64,000 nucleotides of DNA from the human T2T-CHM13v2.0 reference genome, Homo sapiens (GCF_009914755.1 NC_060927.1), one strand, 5' to 3'. Shown: positions 1 through 13,742, counted from the stretch's first letter. The notes: a model not told the origin generated them from the sequence alone. Numbers and translations are program-made.

Positions 1-545
1 TGGTAATGATGTGAGAATAGACAAAATAATTAATGGAGAAGAACAGAGAAACCAGACTTTGACTCATGTGATGAGAATTGAGTATATGATTAAGGAGGAG
101 AAAATATGGATAAATTAATAAAGTTATTGCTGGTATAATTGATTATACAGTGAGAAAATACAGTTATACCGCTCCTTTTATCACAAACACAAAAAATCTA
201 GATGTATTTTAAAATGAAATGTATTTTTAAAAATTAATCAAGTACTAAGCCCAAATGTAAATGATTATTACATAATCTTAACAAGAATAAAAGCACTGTG
301 GAATCCAGAAGCCATAAAGGCAAAATTTGATAGATTTTACCACTAGAAACAAACAAAAACAAAGCAAAACTTACTTCCATATGGCAAATACAATATAAAA
401 AGATAGTCCATCAAAAATATTTGCAACTTTTATACGACAAGGGGTATAAACATCTATACTACCTAATGAGCTTGGGAAAACTAATAAGTAAAATCAAGCA
501 ATCCAAGAGAAATGAAATTGCAAAAATGTATTACAAGAAAATAGA
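1..545 (+). mobile_element. Ancient L1M (L1MC/L1ME-type) ORF2 3' fragment
   Basis: A-rich, degenerate match to L1 ORF2 end (agaatagacaaa...aatggagaagaacagag; atccagaagccataaagg). Confidence 0.6.
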
Positions 546-780
546 TGTGTGGGCATAGTCTTTGAACCAAACTTATGAGTCATGTTTTACTCAGCATTAA
601 AACCAGCCTAGGAAAAAAGCCATAATTATACTCAGCTAATGATTATCAGCTGAGGAAAAACATACAACGCATAGAACATGACTCATTTGTGAGAGGCAGT
701 CACCATCATTTTACAACACAGTGACTGGAAAGTGATTAAAGATGCATAATGTGAATGATGCCTAAAATTTCCACCCTTAC

Positions 781-836
781 AGAAGCTGCCGTAAAATGCC
801 ATACTCTAGTTAAGCTTATGGAGAGGGAAACTAGCT
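781..836 (-). pseudogene. Candidate relic exon ASFPLHKLN*SMAFYGSF
   Basis: acttttctctag| acceptor, TCT|gtaagg donor; resembles the MTTP C-terminus FPLHQENSEM; phase link to the upstream exon unresolved. Confidence 0.45.
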
Positions 837-1002
837 CTAGAGAAAAGTACTAAGATTATTTGTGCTTTTAGCTCTTTTGTCTCAGAAGGGTGTCCTCTTA
901 TACTTCTGTTTTCTCACAAAAAATGCTCACCAAAATTGTAATCTGCTTAGAATGTAGTTGAAATGCCTCACTGGAGGAGCCTGAAGAATTGGGTTTCTTC
1001 TT

Positions 1003-1430
1003 TTTTTAGTAGATTTAATTTTTCAGAGCAGTTTTAGGTTCAGAGCAAAATTGAATGGAAGGTACAGAGATTTTCCCTATACTTCCTCCCCCGCCACATA
1101 CACAGCCTCCCCAACTATCACCATCCCCAATCAGAGTGATACATTTATTACAATTAATGAACTTACATTGACACATAATTATCAAAGTCCATAGTTCACA
1201 TTAAGGCTCACTCTTAGTATTGTACATTCTATGGGTTTGCACAAATTTATAATGGCATGTATTCAACATCATAGTATCACAGAGTAGTTTCATTGCCCTA
1301 CAAATCCTCTGTTCTCTCTGCTTCACATATTCACTCTTTCCTTCCACTTAACCCCTGAATTTTTACAGTCTCCACTGTTTTGCCTCTTCCAGAATGTCAT
1401 ATACAGTAGCTGGAATCTACAGTGTATATG
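1003..1430 (-). mobile_element. L1M (L1MB/L1MC-type) 3' end
   Basis: agagcagttttaggttcagagcaaaattg...caaagtccatagtt matches the old L1 3' UTR in reverse. Confidence 0.8.
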
Positions 1431-1439
1431 ATTGGTTCT

Positions 1440-1612
1440 GTTTTTAAAGCTGCAATTTATTACCTGTGATTTGTGAAATGTTGTTAACTTACCTAAGCTC
1501 CTTGGATGTTGATTTCCTCACCTGTGAAATGGTGACAGAGGACTTGCTCTGTCCTGGGACAGCTGTGAATGTTGGACCATGCAGCAGTGCTTTGGAAATG
1601 GCTGCACTCTAA
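1440..1612 (+). mobile_element. MIR
   Basis: Core ttcctcacctgtgaaatgg. Confidence 0.6.
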
Positions 1613-1914
1613 TAAAGACCACAGGGAGGAGAATAAACACAAGCTTTTGAAGATGATAAAAGTCACTTCTAAAGACTGAAATTTTGTGGTCTGTTGGAAA
1701 AGTTTGGACAGGATAGGGTATACATTTGTTTCCTGGTTTATACAGAAAAACTGGAATATAGAGATTGAGATAACTTACTTAAATGCATACACTGGGTCAC
1801 TTTTCATGTGTACATTTTCTGTAGACTATTCTAGCAATATCTATATTCATTAAAACAACAAAAGGAAGCCAGTCATTGCATCTTTACTTTTCAAATCACA
1901 TTTTATTTGGAAGG

Positions 1915-2153
1915 TGTTGCAGGCTGAATTGTCTCCTCCAAATTTACAAGTTGAAGTCCTAATCTCTAGTACTGCAGAATGTGACTATATTTAGAGATAG
2001 TGTCTTTAAAGAGGTGACTAACCTAAAATGAGTCCATTGGGGTGGGCTTTAACTTAATACGACTTCTTTTTCTAAGAAGAGAAGATTGCAACATAGACTT
2101 GTCCAAATTACCCAATCTGTGGTACTTTGTTATGATAGTCATAGCAAACTTAT
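1915..2153 (+). mobile_element. MLT1B/C-type MaLR solo LTR, internally deleted
   Basis: tgttgcaggctgaattgtctcctccaaa start; ctgtggtactttgttatg end. Confidence 0.75.
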
Positions 2154-2194
2154 ATGTAAGGGTCCTCGTTGTTTTTTGTTTTTGTTTTTTCCAT

Positions 2195-2305
2195 CAGTAA
2201 AATGTATTGAGCACTTACAATGCATCCAGTGCTGTGTTCAATGTTTTATATGCATTGCTTTATAACTCTTCTGTAAGAGATGTTGTTATTAACACCAATT
2301 TTACG
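2195..2305 (-). mobile_element. MIR fragment
   Basis: tattgagcacttac...ttattaacaccaattttac. Confidence 0.55.
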
Positions 2306-2421
2306 TTGTTAGTTTTTAAGGGGCTACCTTTACCAAGCTAAAACTGCACGAACAGGGCAATGATATCACTTCATTTTACAGAATTAGGAAAATCATTCTT
2401 TATTGTGAATCAGATTCACAC

Positions 2422-2466
2422 CTCGAAATGGACTTTCTGAGCCCAGGATATGCAGTTTCTGATTAA
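2422..2466 (-). pseudogene. Relic exon LIRNCISWAQKVHFE (45 nt, phase 0/0)
   Basis: ctctattctttatctccag| acceptor, GAG|gtgtga donor, open frame. Confidence 0.6.
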
Positions 2467-2548
2467 CTGGAGATAAAGAATAGAGAATACATTACTCAGC
2501 TGATGGTAATATTTTCTATAATTATATGTCCTGGTTAAGCACACTCAT

Positions 2549-2655
2549 GGACTTGGCATATTTTTGTAAATCATCAGCTGTGTATGCCCCATTAATAAAT
2601 AAGTGACATGCAGAGAGATGACAGTGATGCGAATTAGAAATAGGCTGTCTACACC
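2549..2655 (-). pseudogene. Relic exon CRQPISNSHHCHLSACHLFINGAYTADDLQKYAKS (107 nt, phase 1/0)
   Basis: ttccttccctgtctccag| acceptor, open frame, donor apparently mutated to atgagt, 82-nt intron to the next exon in phase. Confidence 0.6.
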
Positions 2656-2753
2656 CTGGAGACAGGGAAGGAATGGAGGCAGAGGATTTGATAAGTCAAA
2701 CCATGGTAGTGACAGTAACCACTCCATGGCCAAGCACCACGGAGTCCTTTCAC

Positions 2754-2826
2754 TTGAACCACATTGAACTTCTTGGAAGCTTGTAAACTTGAAATGAGCT
2801 TCACATCATAAGCCAGGGAAGAATGT
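2754..2826 (-). pseudogene. Candidate relic exon (HSSLAYDVKLISSLQASKKFNVVQ or alternative frame)
   Basis: ttacag| acceptor next to MER5A, CAA|gtgaaa donor; frame ambiguous. Confidence 0.4.
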
Positions 2827-2829
2827 CTG

Positions 2830-2995
2830 TAACTATGCTCCTGAAATTTAGTGTACATATGAGTTCCCTGGGGTCTTGTTAAGATGCTGATTTTGAATCA
2901 GGCAGGCCTGAGGTAAGGTATGAAATTCTACATTTCTAACAAGCTTCAAGGTAATGCCAATGCTACTGGTTTGGGGGCAATTCTTTGAGCAGAAC
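2830..2995. mobile_element. MER5A hAT-Charlie element
   Basis: cctggggtcttgttaagatgctgatt...catttctaacaagcttc. Confidence 0.7.
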
Positions 2996-3139
2996 GTGCA
3001 GTAGCAGGAGAACAAAGGGCAAAGGAAGGTAGGTAGACTAGAAAGGCATCAAAAGGAATCTTAGAGACCCTCAGCCTCATTTTGAAATTAAGGAAATACA
3101 AATTAAAGTCATGGAATAGCATGTCCTGCCTATTTCTTT

Positions 3140-3530
3140 GGCAAAGCTCTGAAGACTTGATGAGGCGTGGTAGGAAGGAGTATGTGTTTCTCTCATGCAT
3201 CACTTGTTGAAGTGTTAATAAATACAACTTTGAAGATGGGAATTTGGCTTTATCTGTTAAAATGGAAAAGGCACATACTTTTGAGCCCAGTATTTTTATT
3301 TCTGCAAATATGTCCTGTAGATATGCTCATATTTGTGCAAAAACACAGTCTATATTTTCTGTTAAAGAGTTATTTATGTGTGAGTATATTTATACACTAG
3401 AACATTTGTAAAATATCTCTGGATAACTATAAAAAAAAGAGATAATAGCACAATCTCTGACAGAGGAGAATGTTCAAGGAACTAAGAGTTTTGGGATAGG
3501 AGGTGATTTACTTGTCACTTTTGTATTGGG
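3140..3530 (+). mobile_element. L1ME 3' fragment
   Basis: ggcacatacttttgagcccagt-type L1M 3' motif. Confidence 0.5.
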
Positions 3531-3532
3531 AA

Positions 3533-3833
3533 TTTTTTTTTTTTTTTTTTTTTTTTTTTTGAGACGGAGTCTCCTTCTGTTGCTCAGGCTGGAGTGCAAT
3601 CTCGGCTCACTGAAACCTCTGCCTCCCGGGTTCAAGCCATTCTCCTGGCTCACCCTCCAAGTAGCTGGGATTACAGGTGCGTACCACCATGCCCACCTAA
3701 TTTTTGTATTTTCAGTAGAGACACGGTTTCATCATGTTGACCAGCCTGGTGTTGAACTCCTGACTTCAGGTGATCTGCCTGCCTCAGCATCCCAAAGTGT
3801 TGGGATTACAGGTGTGAGCCACCGTGCCTGGCC
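3533..3833 (-). mobile_element. AluS (Sx/Sq)
   Basis: T28 tail, dimeric Alu, small right-arm deletion. Confidence 0.95.
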
Positions 3834-4254
3834 AATTTTTTAAAAAGCCATATTCATGAATTAATTTTATGTTTTAGTTAAAAAAGGGAGTGGAGTGAGG
3901 TGGGAGAGATAATTTAGAGGGCTCATGAAAGAGAGAATTAGGACCAAGAAGGTGATGCTGCTTTCTTTTCCCTCTGAGGTCACACCAAGGAAGCCACCAT
4001 CATTGTCTGCTCATAAAAACAACTCCCACCAGTTTCACAGATCCCTCACTGCTGCCTGCACAGGGTTCAGCCTCTTGGGTCACCCAAAAGTCATTTTGTG
4101 CTTCTGGGGCACTTTAGATTTCTAGAGAAAGAGAATCATGCAGGCCAGTTTCAGAAAGAGCGGAATTTATTGGACTACAACTGGAACGTCTTCGGGTATC
4201 AAATCTATCCTAGAAAGCAGACATGCTGTCTTTCTGAATCTCTTTGTGAGTCAG

Positions 4255-4430
4255 CCTCTCTCTGTCTGTCTTTCTCTCTTCCTCTCTCTCTCTCTCTCTC
4301 AATATATATATATATAGTCATATGACATAGTGTATGTATGTCATATAATGGCATTTTATATACTTATATAGATAGATAAATATATGTCACACACACACAC
4401 ACACACACATACACACACACACATATATAA
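4255..4430. repeat. Compound (TC)n/(TA)n/(CA)n microsatellite
   Basis: Seen directly. Confidence 0.9.
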
Positions 4431-4815
4431 TGTCACCACCTTCTCCACTACCCACTAGCAAGCATTCCCACTCACCCCGGACTGTGTATTTTTTCTTTAG
4501 CTTATGCTACTAGCATTTCTGTCCTGCTCGTAACTTGGAACTCCCTATTGTCTTCATAGTCCTACTCTACCCTGTATCTCAGTTTCTGATTCTAAAAGGT
4601 TTTACAGTTTTTTCAGTGTTTCCATATTCCAGTTTCTGAGAGGTGGACTCTGAACCAGCTTGACCATAATATGAGTGATTGGGTAGGAATCACAGGGCAG
4701 AATCGCTCCTGCATCCCCTGCAGAGGCTGTTGGTTTGCTGCTTCATATAAAGAGGGGAGTTTTATATGGAGTAGAAACCATGACTGACATTTCTAAGACC
4801 TTTTTGCAAACTCAC

Positions 4816-4840
4816 CTTCTTAAAGATCCAGGCTTGATGT
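4816..4840 (-). pseudogene. Relic micro-exon, 25 nt (YIKPGSLR or HQAWIFKK)
   Basis: ttttatttgtccctag| acceptor and perfect AAG|gtgagt donor. Confidence 0.6.
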
Positions 4841-4956
4841 CTAGGGACAAATAAAACTTGATTACTTGCAATTCTCCAATCTTCTGTGGCATGTCACTTA
4901 TCTTTCTGTTGATAAACCAGAAAGTCTGACTCCTCTGCAGAGCCCATTCTACTTAC

Positions 4957-5065
4957 AGACCACAGGCAGATTGAGATGGGTATCATTTTTCCATTTACTA
5001 AAGATTTACAAAATGCAGACAGGATCACACCCCAGAGGCTGAGAAAACAGCACTCCTGTGAATTC
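4957..5065 (-). pseudogene. Relic exon, 109 nt (frame ambiguous)
   Basis: tttttctctcag| acceptor (alternative at 5038), TCT|gtaagt donor. Confidence 0.55.
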
Positions 5066-5303
5066 CTGAGAGAAAAACTTTTTTTTTTTCTTTTAGTGGT
5101 GATTCTTTATAACTCACTAGCTTAAGGAAGTACAGAAACTAAAGAAATAGACTGTAACAGCTGGATGTTTTTCAATACATTTGAACAAAATAATTTACAG
5201 CGTTCTTCCCCTACCCATTCCTCCACACTTGATTTACATGTATATTCCTTAGCCTAGAAAGAATATGTTTTCGCTATAATTTTTTCAGATTCATAACCCC
5301 CAC

Positions 5304-5391
5304 CCCATTCTTTGCAGAGACTTAAGACTAGGAGCCTCAAAATATGCAAGGAGTCGAAGGCCCAGAGTAGTATCTTTAGCTTCCCCTTAAT
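5304..5391 (-). pseudogene. Relic exon *GEAKDTTLGLRLLAYFEAPSLKSLQRM
   Basis: T24-ggtcag| acceptor, GGG|gtgggg donor; resembles MTTP EKKEDTRMYLLAL. Confidence 0.5.
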
Positions 5392-6850
5392 CTGACCAAA
5401 AAAAAAAAAAAAAAAAAAAAAGCTTGGAGAAAAGCGATGCCTGGTCTCCTTATGCTAATGCTATTGGCATCTCTGCCATCATGCCACACAGCACCTGTTC
5501 AATGTCCTCAAAAAATTAGAGATTCTCGATAAATAAAGACTTTGGCTACTTCCACGACTACCTTAGGAGGCTCTTAAATGAGCTTTCTGTGTCCTGGTAA
5601 TTACATTTCTTCTGGCCCTGATGCTACCACCCCTTCAGTTGCAACCCTACTTCCCTTTCATAAGTGGTTTTAAAATTTGTTTTTTAAATAAAATGTAAGT
5701 GTTTAGATAGATGGTGGCACAAGATGCAGCATAGGATCCAATTAGCTTTTAACCAAAGCTGGGAAAGAGTTCAACAGAGCTTTTAAACATTAGAGGCAAG
5801 TTATCTCCCTGCCGCTCCAGGCAGGAAAAAGGGGTTTTCAGCATGGGCTGTTAACAGATAGCCAGTCTAAATGGTAGAAAAGCAAAAAGCAGAGGAGACA
5901 GTTAACATGCAATGAAGAACATTTGGGGGAACAAAGCTTATTCTCTAGGAAACTGGTCGACCTGCCAGTCTTTTTTTCTGACTTTTGCACTTTTCCTGAC
6001 TTTTTCTGACTTTTTTTTTGGCCAGGTAATTAACTGGCTAACCAATTATTTAGCCAGGCATGCTGGCTACAAAGATAAATCCTATGACTACAGTATACAG
6101 TATAGCCACCTTGCCTCTCTGTCTAATACTCTAAATATAGAGAAATGTATGTGGATGTTCTTTCTTGTCAACATAAGAAAATTATGTCAGATTCCACTGT
6201 TCAAAATATAGCCCATCAGCTCTAGAGTTAATACAGATCATATAATGATTAAAGATTCCAACTACGTCTGTGTGAGATAGAGATAGAGCTTGATCTGTGT
6301 CCTTGTGAACTCGTGTGTTGGAAGCTTATTTTCAAACTTCTAAGAAGGAGCCAGATTTTTAAAAATAACAACATTGAAAAGAAAATCTCTAGTCCCTTTT
6401 GCTTTATCCCTCCCCAGTTTTCAATCTTTATCTTTTGTTGGCATTGTTGTTGTCATCTTCATTTTTCATTTTTCCTAGTCTTGGTGGTTACTTTTCTTTT
6501 TCTCTAAATTTCCTCAAACAGAGATAGATCAATGGAAAGACAAAAAGACCTCGAAACAAAGCCAGAAAACCGTCTTGAACTTGGAAGGAGGGTACTGACT
6601 GAAACTGAGGAGGGTCCTGGGGGCACAGTGGGCTCTCCGAGAGGAAAATCGGTTATGATGACAAAATTTGTTCTGGTAGGGATTTTGCTAATGAAATATT
6701 CCCCTTCCCAGAGCCACAGGAAGACGATGAATTGGAAATGGTAGCTCACTACAGACTGTTTTATTCTAAACGTTTCTCTTCATTCACTCTTTGAAAGAGT
6801 AGGACGTCCATTTGCTAGAACGGGACACTTCTTTGCAGTCCCCACCTCAC

Positions 6851-6926
6851 TGGAGGCTCAGAGTGCTTGGACCTAATCAGCTCTCCAAGGCCCAAGTCAC
6901 ACTGAATTTGGCCAAGTAACGATTGT
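6851..6926 (-). pseudogene. Candidate relic exon QSLLGQIQCDLGLGELIRSKHSEPP
   Basis: CCA|gtgagg donor, weak acceptor, open and in phase with exon 7610-7732. Confidence 0.35.
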
Positions 6927-7609
6927 CTGGGAATGTCATTTTCTTTTAGTTTTCAGATTCAGAAGCACACACAGGAAGAGTCCCAAGCTGCCACTTGGGC
7001 GGGTGAGATGAATATGACTATGTTAGACAGATCATTAATTTAATTCACATGGGTGGGTGGTGGTAGTTGAGAAATAAGCATTAGTGGTTGGGGCGAAGCT
7101 GTGATGAATAAAAGGCCCCATCCTTGTGTCAGTAGGGCTGAGTTTTAGAGCCGTCTTCTTACTAGCTAAGTGCTTTCGTTTAATATACAATCATTTAACA
7201 ATTGAAATATACCCTAAAGTATCTTTGAGTTCTTTTCTAGCTTTTTGATTCTATGTCACACTGATCCTTGAGGCCAGGGACACTGAAAGAATGAAGTTAC
7301 AGGGTAATTGTATGAGAGAAAAATGGCTGGAAACAGTTGCTTATCTCCACCTCACAGCTTTGTGTGCCAGAAAATGACACTGAACATTTTATATGAGATT
7401 CCGCGATGTTGGTGACATTTCTTCTTCCATCTATGTTATTCTAGTTCTTAGTCTGGGAATGTCTTTTTAAAAATCTCTGTTCCCTCCCTTTTTCCATCTC
7501 CTACATACAACTACCAGTTCAATTGTTTTTTTCTCACCAAATGTGCCCTCATGTGACCCCACCCCCACACACAAGTGTGAAAAATAAGTTGGTCTGAACA
7601 GCCACTTAC

Positions 7610-7732
7610 ACAGCAGGTAAATTCCATGGTGGTTGGATAGGAGATTTCCTCTTGAATGTTCTATTAATAATGATTCGAACTAATTTCCTTTCCAGTATTT
7701 TTTCTTCCTCAAGCTTGTAGAAGTAGCTGTCA
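7610..7732 (-). pseudogene. Relic exon DSYFYKLEEEKILERKLVRIIINRTFKRKSPIQPPWNLPA(V) (123 nt, phase 2/2)
   Basis: ttttccttttgcgtcttgttag| acceptor, TGT|gtaagt donor, fully open. Confidence 0.7.
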
Positions 7733-7843
7733 CTAACAAGACGCAAAAGGAAAATGCAGTCTCAGTGTATGCTTTTAGGATTTAGGTTTTTTCCTAAATT
7801 TGTTTCATCATTAATGGTGGGTGTCTCATACTATAAGAGATAA

Positions 7844-8177
<334 letters not shown>

Positions 8178-8635
8178 TAGGCTGTTAATTTGCTAAATTT
8201 TTATTGAGCACTTATTGTATGTCTAGCACTGTAATAGGCACTATGGAAGAATATAAAAGAACTATGCACATAGCAGTGGCAGAGCCTTCCAATTTCCTAT
8301 TCAGTATCTCTTTAATCATTTTTCTTGTACTCCAACCATTAGCTCTACTATTAGCAAATTATGTCAGCCCGACTTTAAAATAGATACAAAATCCAATTAC
8401 TGAGTCATCACATCTTTTACGTGGATTATTGCAATAGTCTCCTAATTGGCCTCCCAGTTCCTTTAGGGTATTCCTATTGTCTACTCTCTACAAAGAGCCA
8501 GATTAATTCTTTTAAATCAAGCTAGCTCATGTTATACTCCTCTTAAGTTTCACCAATGGCTGACTCAGTGGAAAAGGCATTGGCCTAGTATCCTTACTCT
8601 CTGTCTTCTCACTGCTACTCTGACTTCATCTCCTA

Positions 8636-9495
<860 letters not shown>

Positions 9496-9854
9496 TCTCT
9501 CCCCTCTCTGCTCCAACCACACAGGTCTTATTAATACAACATGTCAGACATTCTTCTGCCTTGGGGTCTTTGCACCTACTCTTCTCTTTGTCTAGAATGT
9601 TGTTCCCTGAAATGTCTGCACAGATTCTCTGACACTTCTTTCAGATCACTACTGAAATATTGTCTTACAAGTGAAGAGTTTCTTGATTACCAGTTTCCTG
9701 GTTTACTTGCCTATTTGCTCTCTTCACACATTATTACTGTGAGATCCGTAAGGGAAGGACCTTTGTCTGTTTTATTCATTGTTCTAGTCCTAGGACCTTA
9801 AATAGTGCTGGGCACATAGAATATGCTCAATAAATATTTGTTGAACCAATTTTC

Positions 9855-10326
9855 TGCTTTCTCCTCACTAACAAAACACCGACTTTATTCAAAATAGTAA
9901 TAAACCCATCTAAAATACTATTCACACTCTACTTTGTGTCTAAGAGTGATTGATTTGATTTAAGCCTAAGTCATTAGGTGGCTAGGGGGTTTGGGGGCAG
10001 TCTTATGAAAGGGAATGATGCATCTGGGAAACACATTATTGTGTGCTTCCCTGTTTTTTCCTCATTCCTAGCTGGCATATGAACTTGATGGCTGAAACTC
10101 CCACAGATGTATTGTGTCAATGAAGAGATTCTAATGATTATAGCCACAGGCTAAAGAAAGTAAAGCAAAAAGGTAAATCGAGTCTGAATCCCTTTTATGG
10201 ATACCAGTTTGACTGTTTGCCTTCTAATTTCTTTATACTAAGAGAAAAGAAAATTCCACTTTGTTTAAGTCACTGTTGTTTCAGGCTTTTGTTATTGGCA
10301 AACAAATATAATTCCTAACTGATAAA
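9855..10326 (+). mobile_element. Old MLT1 (J/I/K-type) LTR
   Basis: ttgtttaagtcactgttg...cctaactgata end. Confidence 0.65.
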
Positions 10327-10559
10327 ATGGCCATTTTTTTTCAGAAGCTTATATCATTTAAAAAGAGAAGCTAAAAATACAAGGAAATATAAGTAGATAC
10401 AGTAATAGCACCAGAAGCAGACATAACAAATTGCCTCAGGGATGCTCTGATGTGCAGTTACAAATTCAGAGAGGGCAAATATTGAGAGACTCCACAGAAC
10501 TGGTAAGAAGTTGGTTGAAGAGGAAAGGGGCTGACCCAAGGTTGGGATGTAGAAGATAC

Positions 10560-11720
10560 TTGGTATGTTGCAAGGATAGCTTATCTAGGACTGAACAGAA
10601 TACTTGCTCATAGGAAATTGTTAGAAAATTACGTTTTGAAAGACTGTTGGGATTTACTTACAGAGAGCTAGATTGGTGGTAGTAAAAAAGGAAAATAAAC
10701 CGTGGAAATGAGAAAAGCTACCAAGAATTTGGTTGTGGGAAACAAGAGTAAAGGTGGTCAGAGTGCACTGAGAGGGACTGGAGACAGTCATAAAAATGGG
10801 GAGGCCAGGATGAGTTTCTAAGGAAAGGGCTTGGCTTCAGACATTTTAATTCAATATATCAGACCAATATAGAAATGGAACTGTCTGGTCAACAACAAGA
10901 GATGCAGAGGTAGGGCTTGGGGAAGAAGCCAGGGTTGCAGAAGTAGATGAAGGAGATATTCATATAGAGAAGATATAGGAAGTTATATTCATAATGGATT
11001 AGGCATCTGTGAATAGGTTCAACTGTAGTTGGAAGAAGAGGATGTAGCAAACAGATAGACCAATGAGCAAGCTGGCAGGGAAACCGAAGGTCAAGGGGAC
11101 CAATAGAGAGTGATTTTAAGAATGAAGGTGGACAATTTGTCAAAAGCAAAACATTTTTTTAAAAACCCAAAATATTAAAAGCCAAAGCAGATAGAAACTT
11201 AGAGAAGACAACTGGGTTTGGCATCTAGTTGCCTGGGAAGCTTTGAGAGTACAGCTTCAGTGATGAGAAGCGAGACTGCAAGTAGTACAGGTGCAATTGG
11301 CAGTGAGGAAAGGCAGCAGCAGAGGTAAGGCACAACTCGAACAGTTTGGCAACAAGAAGAAAGACCAGAGCCTGATCAGTCACAGGGTTGAGCACAGTTT
11401 TGCTTTATTTTGTGTTTTTAAAGGAGAATAACTTTTTATGTTTTAAGGCAAAGGTGAAGAAACCAGGAGAGAAAAGACTGTTGCTGAAGGAGATTAATGC
11501 AGAGAGAATTAATTTCAAAGGCTTCTTATTTTGAGGCTAGCGAGAATGTGAAGGGTATTTCAAGGTGGAAGATGAGGAATCTCCTTAGGATGGAGATCGA
11601 TTTATTTATTTAAATAAAAGGTGAACATTTGCTGAGAACTGAGGTAAAGGGAAATGGAATTAAATCGAGAAGTGGGGGAAGTTTTTTATGGCTACTGGGA
11701 AGTGTGTTTTGGCAAAGGTT
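10560..11720 (-). mobile_element. Degenerate L2
   Basis: Purine-rich reverse L2 motifs (ttgagagtacagcttcagtga; agtgaggaa). Confidence 0.55.
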
Positions 11721-11952
11721 TTAGTGTTGTAGCTACTAAATAGTCTGTGGTGATGATGATAATGCACATAAAAAGGTAAGAAAAGTAACTTTACATTGAA
11801 ACAGGAAATCTAGTAGATTTCCAAAAGCCAGCATTAAAATTAATCTTAAGCTCTAAGTTTCATCAATGCAGAATTTTTTTTAGGGGTCAGGTAACTATGA
11901 ATTCAAGTCAAGAACTAGAAAAATTCCATGCTTTGTTTTCATGCTTCCTCAC

Positions 11953-12030
11953 CTCCCAACCCCCGAAATCCAAACATTTTTGGATGTGAAGCACTTTCCA
12001 AATCAATAAAGACTCCTTAGTCACATGAGG
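11953..12030 (-). pseudogene. Relic exon SCD*GVFIDLESASHPKMFGFRGLG (78 nt)
   Basis: gtgatccttttag| acceptor, GAG|gtgagg donor; resembles MTTP FASHPNEELLRAL; another frame is fully open. Confidence 0.6.
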
Positions 12031-12154
12031 CTAAAAGGATCACAGCCAGAAAGCTGTGATCAGTGAGCTCAGGCATTCTGCATAAAGCCTAGATGTGACC
12101 TCCAGAGGACAGCCAATTCAGGTTCAGCTGGCCTCCACGTGGTGATAAAACCAA

Positions 12155-12278
12155 AATGTAAATCCCATGAAAGTAGGAACTTTGTTTACTTCTGATTCCC
12201 AGCACTTAACATAATGCAAGGCACACGCTGAGCCCTGAATTAGTATTTGTTGACCGAATGTTGAATGAATACATGAAC
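12155..12278 (+). mobile_element. L2 3' end
   Basis: tatttgttgaccgaatgttgaatgaat tail. Confidence 0.6.
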
Positions 12279-12449
12279 AAGCGCTGTGTCATGTAATGAT
12301 CAATGTACCCAACAACCAGTATTTAAATGGCTATTCAACTTAAAAACATTTGTTTTTCTCCAGTTGCAAGCTTAAACTACACATACACACATATACACAC
12401 ACTCATAAGTATTTTGTGTATTTACATATGTATTTTTAAAGCATTGAAG

Positions 12450-12617
12450 CGCTCCCGTCTTGAAATGAGTATCCTAGGTGCTCCTCAGTGGTTCTAAGTG
12501 GTTCTGGGTGAGGATGGTTTGTGTAGCTCCTGAATTTTAGCCTTGCTCCTGAGCTCAAGAGCTTAAAGATCTGTAGAAGCTGCAGAGTGGAGGCAAAACT
12601 TAAGAAGCAGCTCAAAT
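12450..12617 (-). pseudogene. Relic exon FELLLKFCLHSAASTDL*ALELRSKAKIQELHKP (donor uncertain)
   Basis: Very strong acceptor tttttaattcttcattttag|; in phase with exon 15404-15473. Confidence 0.45.
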
Positions 12618-12844
12618 CTAAAATGAAGAATTAAAAATAACAAAATGAAAATAAAGATCACCAACTCCATCCATTAAAACCTATAAACAATAATGGAATC
12701 GTACTATACATATATCCTACAACTTTTTTTGTTCCTGGCTGTTTCCATAAATGTCGATCTCCTACATTATTTTGTACTCGTGTCGTTCCATCATATTAGT
12801 GTACCATTATTTAGACATTCTCAGACATTCTGTTATAGATGGGC

Positions 12845-12986
12845 TTTTTTTTTTTTTTTTTTTTTTTTTTTGGCAGGATCTTATCATGTTGTCCAAAGCT
12901 GGCCTTGAACTCCTGGGAGTCAAGCGATCCTCCCACCTCAGCCTTCTGAGTAGCTGGGATTACAGGTTTAACCACCATGCCCAACC
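12845..12986 (-). mobile_element. FLAM (free left Alu monomer, FLAM_A-like)
   Basis: T27 tail, single monomer, TSD gatgggc. Confidence 0.85.
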
Positions 12987-13742
12987 TTGATGGGCCTTTT
13001 AACATGCTGCAGTGAGCATGTTTGTAGAACTTTATGTACTTGCAATACTTTAGGATGGATTCCTAAAATTAGATTTGCTGCTGCCAACATTTTCTTCAAA
13101 ACAGTACACCTGTAAGTCCTTAGCAAACAGGAGTTTCTTCTTTCCCAAAATTTTTTTCCAGCATTGGTTCTTAGCAAGCTATTTAAATTTTTGTCACTGA
13201 TAAGCAAAATGGCTTCTTAGTCTTTTAAATTTGCATGTCCTTAGTTATTGCCAAGCTTTTCCATCTCTTCTATGTTTATTGGCCATTTGTGTTTATTTTG
13301 TGTGAACTGCCTGTTTAGATCCATTGCTTAATTTTCTATTACATTGACCTTTTCATATTAATTTATTTAAAGTAATTTTGTATTTTGAATATTAACCATT
13401 TATTTGTAATATATTGTGTTTTCTCCTAGTCACTTTTATTTTTATGTATTCTTTGCTTTAAAATTTTAAAAAATATTTATACAGTTATTAAATTTTTGTA
13501 TTGGGAGTTTGAATTTTAAGCTTTCCCACCCCCAAGCTTAGAAACTATCTTCCATACCTTTAGTTTTCATGCTTTTATTTTTTTATTTTTACATTTAGAT
13601 CTCTAATTCAGATGAAATTTATTTTTGTATGTAATACAAGGTAACATCTAACTATTTTCTTATATATAAACATCCAATTGCTTTAACAGAATTTGCCTCA
13701 ATCCATTTTCCTTGGGATTTAAAATACTACTTTAGCACATAT

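Noticed and set aside
4100-4795. Possible very old MLT1-type LTR around the microsatellite
   Set aside because: Too degenerate to support by eye
2754-5065. NDP-kinase-like reading (YIKPG...FNVVQVKGLR) of relic exons
   Set aside because: Single short motif, frame ambiguous, no catalytic His motif; the collinear LLTP interpretation explains more exons
6532-6744. 70-aa plus-strand ORF MERQKDLETK...
   Set aside because: No recognisable homology or supporting exons; size is within chance expectation
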